Made by a program: the position numbers and the translations under genes. Below the pieces are notes generated by a model. The model saw only the letters and a list, made by a program, of their open reading frames with translations. It was not told where the DNA came from and ran no database searches. Positions 32,146 to 41,699 of a stretch of 64,000 bases of DNA are shown here, in pieces (within the stretch, counting starts at the first letter, position 1; each line of letters starts with the position of its first letter). Source of the DNA: Ascoidea asiatica JCM 7603. Taxonomy: Eukaryota > Fungi > Ascomycota. The stretch lies in contig BCKQ01000007.1 in NCBI GenBank assembly GCA_001600695.1, positions 254,713 to 318,712 of the forward strand. The letters run 5' to 3'.

Positions 32146-34548
32146 CTATTCAACAGCGCAAGTATCATTGATTTTTTTAGAAAAGTCTTTTAGATTTTCA
32201 TTAAGAGTTTCTTTGAAACTTAAAAGATCTGCAACAACACGATTAACATCTTGAGTTAAATTAGCTCTTTTTTGTTTTAAGTCTAAAATAATTTCATTTT
32301 CTTGTTGTTTAATTTGAGCCAATTCTATATCTAAATCATTTTCTTTTGTTAAATTATATTCAGCATCTTCAATTTTTTTTTGATAACTTTGAGTCATTTT
32401 TTGTATATTTTGATTTTCTTCAATTTCTTTTTGTTTTAAAGATTTTAAAGTTATATTTTTTTGACTAATTTCAGTAATAATATTTTCTTTTTCATTATCA
32501 TTATTTGAAATTAAATCATTAATATCTTCAATTTTATGAAATAAAGTATTAAAATTTGAAGGATAAGAAGAATAAATAACATCTAATTCATTTTTAATTT
32601 TAGTTAAATTATTTTTATAATCATATTTCCAATCTTGATTATTTAATAAATCTTCAATTGATTTACCTAAATTTGATTCAGAAAGTAAATTATCATAATT
32701 TATATCATTAATTAATAAATTATCTTTATCAGGAATATCAATTAAAACATCATTAATTTTAACTTGAAAATTTGAATCATTATTAATTTTTTTAATATTT
32801 CTATTTATTGAAGATAATGAATCAAAAACTTTATTAATATTTAAATTATAATTAATTAATAAATCTTCTAAAATTTTAAAATTTATATTAATTTTTTTTT
32901 TAAGATCATTTAAAATTGAATTTAATTGATTATTTTTTAAATTTTGTTGATTAATTTTTATAGAAATATCATTTTTTTCATTAATTAAATCATTAATTTT
33001 ATTAATATTTAAATTTTTTAAATTTAATTGATTATCAATAAAATTTATTTTTTTTTTAAAAAATTCATTTTTTAAATTTAATTTATTAATTTCATTATTA
33101 ATTTTTATTAAAGTATCATCCCAATTTGGTTTTGCAAGTTTAACTTTATTATTAAATTTATCAAAAACTTTAACATCATTTTTTAAAGCTTTTTTTTTTG
33201 CCATTAAATTATTTAATTTATTTAATTGATTAATAATATAATCATTTTTTTTAAAATTTTTATCAATTTCAATTTCAAAATTTGAAATTTTATTTTGAAA
33301 AAATTCAAAAAATTTATTAAAAAAATTTAATAAATTATTAAAATTTTTATTTTTTAATGGATCTTCAATACATTTTTCATCACCATTAATTAAAAAATCA
33401 TTATAAGATTTAAAAAAAAAATTAGAAGAATTTAAATGAATTAAATTATTTAAATTATCAATATCTTCTAAGAATTCTTCATTTACATTAAAATTATTTA
33501 AATTATTCATAAAAGAATTTAAATCTTCATTACCATTAATATTATTATTAATATTATTATTTGTAGAATTAAGATTATCATGAATTAAAAATTGATAAAA
33601 TTGATTTTGTTTTAAAGAATTATTTAAATTTATTGAAAAATCAACAAGCCAAAATAATAAATCAATTAAAATTATAGATAATCTATTTGAATTAAAATTT
33701 AAAATATTTTTTGAAATTGAATTAATTTTTGGATATCTTAAAAAATTTAAAATTTCATAAATTTCATTATCAGAAAAATTTAAAATTAATTTATCTTTAT
33801 TTATATTTTGTGGTATAAACATTGAATCTATTGATAATATTATAAATAAGAAAATTTTAATAAAATCATGTTTTTGAATTTGTTTAAAATTTCTTTGATT
33901 TAAAAATCCATTAATTGTTGAGTTTAAATTAATTTTTAAATTAAACATTGAATAAAAGTTATTTGATTCTAAGAAATCAATAATTGATTGAATTTTTTCT
34001 TTTAATTCATTATAACTGTTATTATTAATATTATTATTATTATTGTTACTCATATAAAAAGAAGAAGGTCTTTGTGATTTTGAATTATAAGTTGAAGAAG
34101 CAGAATATGGAGTATTTGAATTATTATTCATTGGAATTGTTGAGAATCTATTATTTAAATTATGATTATTGTTAATTATATTAGAAGTTAATCTTCTTGA
34201 AGAAGATGAAGAAGCAGAAGATGGAATTGGATTTCCATTATTATTAGTATTTAAGTAATTCAAATTATTGAAATTGGGTACTTGAGGTCTAGCAAATGAT
34301 AATCTATTATTATTATTAATGTTATTGTTATTTGATATTGGATTTAATTGATTTATTGGATTTGAATGAGTGATATGATTAGATAAAGAAGATATTCCAG
34401 AAAGAGTTGATCTTTGATTAAGACCATTATTTAAACGCCTTTGTTTAACAGAATTTGTAATAGGAATGGGAATTTGAGATTTCAAAGAATTTGAATTTGA
34501 ATTTAAATTTGAATTTAAAGCTGCTTTTTGAATGGGTAATTGTGACAT
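32146..34548 (-). CDS. NDC80: Kinetochore protein Ndc80/Hec1, divergent
   Basis: Basic Ser/Arg-rich tail; CH domain (IIDFLESNNF, FIKIF, EIYEILNFLRYP..SISK, LLFWLV); KKALKNDV..F..W; long coiled coil. Confidence 0.8.
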   Translation of the reverse strand: MSQLPIQKAALNSNLNSNSNSLKSQIPIPITNSVKQRRLNNGLNQRSTLSGISSLSNHITHSNPINQLNPISNNNNINNNNRLSFARPQVPNFNNLNYLNTNNNGNPIPSSASSSSSRRLTSNIINNNHNLNNRFSTIPMNNNSNTPYSASSTYNSKSQRPSSFYMSNNNNNNINNNSYNELKEKIQSIIDFLESNNFYSMFNLKINLNSTINGFLNQRNFKQIQKHDFIKIFLFIILSIDSMFIPQNINKDKLILNFSDNEIYEILNFLRYPKINSISKNILNFNSNRLSIILIDLLFWLVDFSINLNNSLKQNQFYQFLIHDNLNSTNNNINNNINGNEDLNSFMNNLNNFNVNEEFLEDIDNLNNLIHLNSSNFFFKSYNDFLINGDEKCIEDPLKNKNFNNLLNFFNKFFEFFQNKISNFEIEIDKNFKKNDYIINQLNKLNNLMAKKKALKNDVKVFDKFNNKVKLAKPNWDDTLIKINNEINKLNLKNEFFKKKINFIDNQLNLKNLNINKINDLINEKNDISIKINQQNLKNNQLNSILNDLKKKININFKILEDLLINYNLNINKVFDSLSSINRNIKKINNDSNFQVKINDVLIDIPDKDNLLINDINYDNLLSESNLGKSIEDLLNNQDWKYDYKNNLTKIKNELDVIYSSYPSNFNTLFHKIEDINDLISNNDNEKENIITEISQKNITLKSLKQKEIEENQNIQKMTQSYQKKIEDAEYNLTKENDLDIELAQIKQQENEIILDLKQKRANLTQDVNRVVADLLSFKETLNENLKDFSKKINDTCAVE

Positions 34549-35363
34549 TTTTGAGATTTTTTTAAAATGTAATAATTATTAGATATTATTAAAGATAGAA
34601 GAATACTATTGAATTTTAAATCAGCTTTAAAAACTATTAAAAAGGAATCTGAGATTTGTTCCTTGTGTGTCAGAATATCAATGAATTAATTCTTCTTCCT
34701 TCTTTGACTGAATTCATTCAATGATCTAATTGAATTAAAATAGATTCAAGTATCTGAATTGATTTAATATTTATGATTTAAATTGATTTTTTTTGATTAT
34801 TTTGATTATTTTGATTCAAATTGATTTAAATTGAAGATAAATGGAAAGTAAACAAGAAATTGATAAACAAAGTCGAGAAAGCAAAAACAACCCGCAAATC
34901 TGGCTTTATAGTTCTAAACAAGGGCTCTAATAAAACTGTTTAGGGCTCTGTTAAAGACCCACAAAATTGGTTGGATCCACAGTTCTGGCTTTTAAAAATA
35001 TGTATTTACATGTGGTTTAATGTACCATTTGCAGTTAAATGCATACACGAATTTCTAGACGGAAGTTTATTTTATTTCATTCCGTGGCTCTAATACGGAA
35101 CTGTATTATCCGTCCGTGTACTGGAATTGAACAAGACGGATACAGTAATCCGCTGTGAAATTTTCCAAGATTTACCATTCTGCAGGGTCCCAAAAAGCTT
35201 CTTTCTCAGGCAGAATTTTAAGATCGGAAGAACTCACAAAGGAAATTTACCAAAATGTGGGTAAATAAATATAAAAGAAGATACAGTAAAAATTAATGGT
35301 TGTTTTAGAATTTATTTCGCGTGTTTATTCTAAAGTTGAATTAACTGGAATAAATTCACATTA

Positions 35364-35422
35364 AATAAGATGGAATAAGATGGAATAAGATGGAATAAGA
35401 TGGAATAAGATGGAATAAGATG
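35364..35422. repeat. 10-bp tandem repeat (AATAAGATGG)x6
   Basis: Directly visible upstream of the protease gene. Confidence 0.93.
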
Positions 35423-35679
35423 AAATTAAATGAAAAATCAAATAAAAATCAGTTTTTTTGGAAATTATACTCTTTTTCATAAGACCAAATCCTTCTTTCC
35501 TTATACCAAAAAAAACTCTAATTTATATTTGATTTTATCCTTCATAACCATGGAAAGATTTTTTACATTATATCCTATATAATGGAGTCTTAAAGACTTT
35601 TTAAACTAACAATTCTTTTTTTTTAATCTTAGTTTGTTTTCGATATCAATAAATAATTTACAAAAATAAATCAATAATA

Positions 35680-36265
35680 ATGATATTTAAACAATTTTTA
35701 ATAATATTTTTATTAATAATAAATATATCAAATTCATTATGGTTACCAGAAAATTTTAAAAATTGGAAAAATTCATATTTTAAAACTTCTAAGATTGATA
35801 ATTTAAAAAATTTAAAAGAAAAATTTGATAATTTTAAATTTGAAGAAATAAATGATGATGAATTTTTAAAAAATACATTAAAATTAAAATTTAAGAAAAA
35901 AAATATTTTAAATAAAAGAGATTCTTCATTAATTGGTGATGGTTATTCATATTCTTCAATAATAAATCAAGAAAATTTTGCTTATTATATAACTTTAAAT
36001 GTAGGTACACCATCTCAAGAAGTTGAAGTACAAATAGATACTGGATCTTCTGATCTTTGGATTATGTCTTTAGATAATCAATTTTGTTCTAAAGAATCAG
36101 TTGAAGATTATGAAGAAGAAGAAGATGATGATGATAAAGATGATGGAAAAACAAAAAGAAATGTTAATGTTAATGTTAATGTTAATGATGATGATGATGA
36201 TGATGATGATTATAATATGTATGATATTGAAGAATATGATGAAGATAATTTAGATTATTATAATG

Positions 36266-36300
<35 letters not shown>

Positions 36301-37413
36301 AAAAATGGTAAAGATATTGGATTAATTCCAAAAATGAGAAGAAAAAAAATATTATCAAGAAGAAAAAGAGAAGTTTGGGATACTGTTAAACAAGGATCAA
36401 TGAATTGTTCAGATATGGCAGGATTATTTGATCAAAATGAATCTTCAAGTTTTAAGAATATTTCTACTGAATTTTTAATAAGTTATGGTGATACATCAGA
36501 AGCTTCTGGATTTTGGTCAACAGAAACAATTAATATAAAAAATACAAATATAATTTTAAAAAATTTTCAATTTGGTTTAAGTACATTTGCAAATAGTTCA
36601 AATTCAGTCTTAGGTATTGGACCAAAAGGTAATCAATCACCATATACACCAGATGGTAATGGTACAAATTATCTAAGTTTTCCATATGCTTTAAAAGATC
36701 AAGGTTTTATTTCTAGAAATATTTATTCAGTTTATATGGATGATATTAATTCAAATTCAGGTACAATTTTATTTGGAGCTGTTGATATTAAAAAAACTAA
36801 AGGTGATATTATTACTTTACCAATTTTAAATTCAACTTATAATTATTCAAATGGTGATAAAGTAACTTTACTTGATTTTTTTAATATTAAATTAGATAAT
36901 ATAACTTTAATACCAAAAAAAAAAATTTCAAAGGATTATAATAAAATTTTTATTAAAAATTCATCATCAATTGTTATTTTAGATACTGGATCTTCAGCTT
37001 CAAATTTTCCATATGAAATTTTATATAATATTATATCAAATTTTGAATCATATACTTATGATAATTCAAGTGGATATTTTTCATTTAATAATACATTATA
37101 TAATCAAGAAATTATTAAAAATTATTATATAACATTTAATTTTGGTAATGTTCCAATAAAAATACCAATAAGTAATTTTATTGGAATTGATTCAGATAAT
37201 TATTCAAATTATAATGATTTAAATGATAATAATAATGATAATAGTGATTATATTATTTCATTTTTAGTTTCAAGTTCAGATGATAATTCTTTTTTATTTG
37301 GTGATGATTTTTTAAGATATGCTTATGTTATTTTTGATATTGATTATTCAGAAGTGACTATAAGTCAAGCAAATTTTAATTCCAAAAGTGAACATATTGT
37401 AAGAATTTTATAA
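35680..37413 (+). CDS. Secreted aspartic protease, yapsin/Sap-like, no GPI tail
   Basis: Signal peptide, KR pro-site, VGTPSQ, catalytic DTGSSDLW and ILDTGS, ISYGDTS, VLGIG, FGDDFLR.AYVIFD; ends at EHIVRIL. Confidence 0.92.
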
Positions 37414-37501
37414 TCAAAACTTTTCATTAAATAAATTTTACTTTCTCATATTTTTTTTTTTATCAACAACTGAATAAATGTAAATTGTAAATAATACAAT
37501 C

Positions 37502-37630
37502 AAAACCAACAACTAGATTACCTTATACTCTCCTTCCACAGGGATCGAACCGGATATGCTCAGCGGAAAACTCTTCCAAGCCCAGAAATCTAGAATTGTT
37601 GTAGTTCCCACCAAAATGCCATTACAGCGT
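37502..37630 (-). ncRNA. SRP RNA (SCR1/7SL)-derived ~129-nt Pol III gene: Alu domain and closing helix, no recognisable S domain
   Basis: Starts ACGCTGTAATGGCATTTTGGTGGGA (fungal SRP RNA 5' signature GCTGTAATGGC with UGUNR motif and A box); B box GGTTCGATCCC 37551-37541; CAACAA-TT-CTAGATT pairs with AATCTAG-TTGTTG; ends in TTTT. Confidence 0.72.
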
Positions 37631-37889
37631 AAAAAAGGTGAATTTTACTTTGCCATACAGAAATACAACTGGAGTAACAGAAACTAAGAAAGTTGTCTAC
37701 AGTGATACTGTACAAAATATTCACCAAAACCAGTAGTAATAGGAAAACGATATTCAATATAATACTTTCTGATTTAGAATATTTTTTTCATATGATATAC
37801 TATGGTATAATATATAATAATATAATAATATAATAATAATATGCTTGTTTTTAATCTATGTTTGGGATTAACCTTGTTATGTTGTTTGT

Positions 37890-37959
37890 GCCTCTTTAGC
37901 TTAGTGGTAAAGCGTTGCACTTGTAATGCAAAGATGACTAGTTCAATTCTTAAGAGGTA
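37890..37959 (+). pseudogene. tRNA-Thr(UGU)-derived sequence, probably non-functional (T-stem 2 nt short)
   Basis: Acceptor GCCTCTT/AAGAGGT, D arm GCTT/AAGC, anticodon arm TTGCA-CTTGTAA-TGCAA, T loop TTCAATT; 3' T-stem strand is only CTT against ACTAG; 70 nt; downstream T-run. Confidence 0.8.
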
Positions 37960-38227
37960 TTGTAATTTGTTTTTTTTATCATTTACCTTAATTGTTATTA
38001 TTTTTATTACTTCCTGGGTAATTGAAATATTAAAGCAATATTTATATTAAAGTTGTTCTATATAGAAATATAAAATGAAAGAAGAATGAAAATCAATTAA
38101 TTAAAGAGATTTATATATATATATATATATATTTTACATTAAAAAAGGATAAAAAAAACAAAAAAACAAAAAGGAAACTAGAAAATGAACAATTATTAGT
38201 ACTTTCTTTATATAAAAGTTTTAATCA

Positions 38228-39619
38228 TTAAGCTTTAATAGGCTTTATTGATTTAGATGAATTTATAGATTTTATAGATTTTATTGAAAATAAAGATACA
38301 TGAGATTTGGCAGTTACCATTGATTTTGAACATGTACTTTCATTAGTTGTATTTGTATTTATAGTTCTTTCATTAATATCTATATTTTCACTATTTTCAC
38401 TATTTTCACTTATATTACTTATATTACTTATATTACTTATAGATTCAGTAAATGAATCATAATCAATTAAAAGATTATTAAAAGTTGTATCTTCAACAAC
38501 TGAAGCATCATAATCATTAACTATAGAAGATAAACTAGAATTATCAAGAAAGTTATTATTATTATTAATATAATTTAAAGATATTGAAGAATTTAAACTT
38601 GAATTTTTAGAATGTTTATATAATAATGGATTTTTAATAATTTTTGTACTTTTAGTTAAATTATTTATTAAATTATCTTTATTATTGTTATTATTATTGT
38701 TATTTAAAAATGTTTTAGAAGTTGATAATATTGAAAGATTATTAATTTCTTCCATTTCTCTTGGATAATTAATTAAAGGTTGATAATCATTATTTGAAAT
38801 ATTATTTGATAAATTATTAGTTAAATTATTAGTTAAGTTAATAGTTTTATAAAATAAATTATTTAAAAATTGTATAAATTTATCCTTTAATGATAATTTT
38901 GAATAATCTATAATATTATTATTAAAATTATTATTAAAATTATTATTAAAATTATTATTGAAATTATTATTAGTATTTAAAAGAGAATTATGTAAATAAG
39001 ATGAATTTATGAATATATTATCATTATTATTAATATTATTATTAAGATATGTTACATTGACATTAAAATTAAAAAAATTTTTATTATTATAATTATTATT
39101 ATAAATATCATTATAAAAATCAGGTAAATTATTTGATAAATATTCTAATTCTTTTTTATTTTTACCTTTACTGTTTATTAGATTATTATTATGATTACAA
39201 TGATTATTATTATTATTTTCATTTTCTTCATAATCAAACATATCAAAAAACATATCAACTGAATTTCTTCTTTTTAATTTTTGTTTTATTGAATTACTAA
39301 GATTTTTTATATTTTTATCATAAAGATATTGATAATTAATTATATGATTATTATGATAGTTATAATTATCATTTTCATTTTCAATTTCATCATCATTATA
39401 TTGATTATCATTATCATTGATAATTTGATTATTATAAAATTCATCAGAATTATTTATATATTCACCATTATTATTTGAATCTTCATTAAAATCTATAACA
39501 GTTGAAGGATAAATACAAGAACATAAGAAATAAGAAATTGAATTGAATATTGAATTATTTAAATTAGAATTAGAAATAATTATAGAATTATTATTTAATA
39601 ATTCATTAAAATTTGACAT
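38228..39619 (-). CDS. Uncharacterised Asn-rich protein
   Basis: 463-codon ATG ORF with the same codon bias as neighbours; only short non-repetitive islands (YFLCSCIYP, KRRNSVDMFFDMF, YDASVVED). Confidence 0.6.
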   Translation of the reverse strand: MSNFNELLNNNSIIISNSNLNNSIFNSISYFLCSCIYPSTVIDFNEDSNNNGEYINNSDEFYNNQIINDNDNQYNDDEIENENDNYNYHNNHIINYQYLYDKNIKNLSNSIKQKLKRRNSVDMFFDMFDYEENENNNNNHCNHNNNLINSKGKNKKELEYLSNNLPDFYNDIYNNNYNNKNFFNFNVNVTYLNNNINNNDNIFINSSYLHNSLLNTNNNFNNNFNNNFNNNFNNNIIDYSKLSLKDKFIQFLNNLFYKTINLTNNLTNNLSNNISNNDYQPLINYPREMEEINNLSILSTSKTFLNNNNNNNNKDNLINNLTKSTKIIKNPLLYKHSKNSSLNSSISLNYINNNNNFLDNSSLSSIVNDYDASVVEDTTFNNLLIDYDSFTESISNISNISNISENSENSENIDINERTINTNTTNESTCSKSMVTAKSHVSLFSIKSIKSINSSKSIKPIKA

Positions 39620-39996
39620 TATTTGTAATATTAACTAAATTGATATAAACTATAAATTATAAGATTATATGATTATATCTTTCATTAAGAATATCATATC
39701 TAAATAGAAAAGATTATATGTAAGATATATAATAACTTAGTATTACTCTATTCTCAAAAATAAATGAATAAAATAAAAGTATTTAATACACTTATCATCA
39801 TCCTCAACATAAATATTCTGAAAATAATGTTGGTTTATTTCTCTCCAGCACCCTTTAACATGTTTATCGAAGGTCATTAAAATAGGTCACTTTAAGCTTA
39901 GTGAATATTGAAATAGTATTGCAATAGCATTAAATATTTAAATAGGGACAGCTTCAACAAGATCGGAGATAAAACAGCCGACGAGCCGGACTTAGC

Positions 39997-40220
39997 TGAG
40001 TCAGCGCTTATGTAATGATAAAAAACAAAAACCAGTGTAACGGGTCGGGACATTTTGACCTGAATCGTATTTTTATTGACCTGAACTTGATACTTGTGTG
40101 TCCCATTGACGGTATTCTCCGTCGCAGTTCTCCGTCAAAAGTTCCCTGCTGTTTTCGGGATATTTACCAATTACGTATTATCCGTGGTATATATCCGCCA
40201 TACTCCGCCGAGATGACTCA
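39997..40220 (+). promoter_or_regulatory. Two Gcn4/AP-1 sites in the HOM2 promoter
   Basis: TGAGTCA 39997-40003 and TGACTCA 40214-40220; fits general amino-acid control of HOM2. Confidence 0.8.
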
Positions 40221-40445
40221 GTTTCCGTGTCCCAAACATCTGCCGAGACTTCGATCGTAAACCGTTTTCAATCCACGCAAATAAATGATGAAATAAATGA
40301 TGAAATAAATGATGAAATAAATGATGAAATAAATACATAAGTAAATCTTTGAAATATCTTTTCTTTTATAAATGTCTCTTTTATTTTATATTCTTTAAGA
40401 ATTATATTGAAGTAAGATTATTTTACAATCAAGAAATACTTAAAA

Positions 40446-41522
40446 ATGAGTCAAAGAAGAAAAGCTGGAGTTCTTGGTGCAACAGGAAGTGTTGGACAAA
40501 GATTTATATTATTATTATCAAATCATCCAAATTTTGAATTATCTGTATTAGGTGCATCATCAAGATCTTCAGGTAAAAAATATAAAGATGCTGTAACTTG
40601 GAAACAAATTGAATTATTACCTGAAATTTCTTCTGATTTAATTATTAAAGAATGTAAATTTGAAAATTTTAAAGATTGTGATATTATATTTAGTGGTTTA
40701 GATGCTGATATTGCTGGTGATATTGAAAAAAATTTTACTTTAAATGGTTTAAATATTATTTCAAATGCAAAAAATTTTAGAAGAGATGAAAATGTACCTT
40801 TAATTGTACCAATTGTTAATTTAGATCATATTGATTTAATCTCAAATAATAAAAATAAAAATTTAGGTTTTCAAATTTGTATTTCAAATTGTTCAACTGC
40901 AGGTTTAGTTGCTCCTTTAAAACCATTAATTGAAGAATTTGGTCCAATTAATAAAATTATGGTTACAACTTTACAAGCAATTTCTGGTGCTGGGTTTTCA
41001 CCAGGTGTTTCTGGTATTGATATTTTAGATAATATTGTACCATATATTTCTGGTGAAGAAGAAAAAATGGAATGGGAAGTTAAAAAAATTTTAGGTAATT
41101 ATAATAAAAATCTTAAAAAATTAGAATTAATAAATGATAATGATATTAAAATTTCTGCTCAATGTACAAGAGTACCTGTTTCTGATGGTCATACTGAATG
41201 TATAAGTTTTCAATTTAAAAATAGACCTGCTCCTTCAATTGAACAAATTAAAAATTGTATGAAAAATTATACTTGTGAAGCTTATAAACTTAATTGTTAT
41301 TCTGCTCCAAAAAATTCAATTATTGTTTTAGATCAACCTGATAGACCACAACCAAGATTAGATAGAAATCGTGGTAATGGATATACTGTAACTGTTGGTA
41401 GAGTAAGACCTGATCCAATTTTAGATTTTAAAATGGTTTCTTTATCTCATAATACAATTATTGGTGCTGCTGGTGCTGGTGTTTTAATAGCTGAATATTT
41501 ATTAGCTAAAAATTTAATTTAA
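40446..41522 (+). CDS. HOM2: Aspartate-semialdehyde dehydrogenase
   Basis: AGVLGATGSVGQRF, ISNCST, QAISGAG, EEEKME.E, CTRVPVSDGH, SHNTIIGAAG. Confidence 0.98.
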   Translation: MSQRRKAGVLGATGSVGQRFILLLSNHPNFELSVLGASSRSSGKKYKDAVTWKQIELLPEISSDLIIKECKFENFKDCDIIFSGLDADIAGDIEKNFTLNGLNIISNAKNFRRDENVPLIVPIVNLDHIDLISNNKNKNLGFQICISNCSTAGLVAPLKPLIEEFGPINKIMVTTLQAISGAGFSPGVSGIDILDNIVPYISGEEEKMEWEVKKILGNYNKNLKKLELINDNDIKISAQCTRVPVSDGHTECISFQFKNRPAPSIEQIKNCMKNYTCEAYKLNCYSAPKNSIIVLDQPDRPQPRLDRNRGNGYTVTVGRVRPDPILDFKMVSLSHNTIIGAAGAGVLIAEYLLAKNLI

Positions 41523-41699
41523 TTTAAAATAAAAGAAATTTAAATAAAAACAATAAATAAAAAAAGTAAATAAACGAATGTTAAAGAAAATGTAATAAAT
41601 ATAAAAAATGAAATGTATTATTATATTAATAAATATAAAATTGAGTGAGTTTTATTTAACGAATGACAAGTTTTAAAATTAAATATTATATTTATAAAT

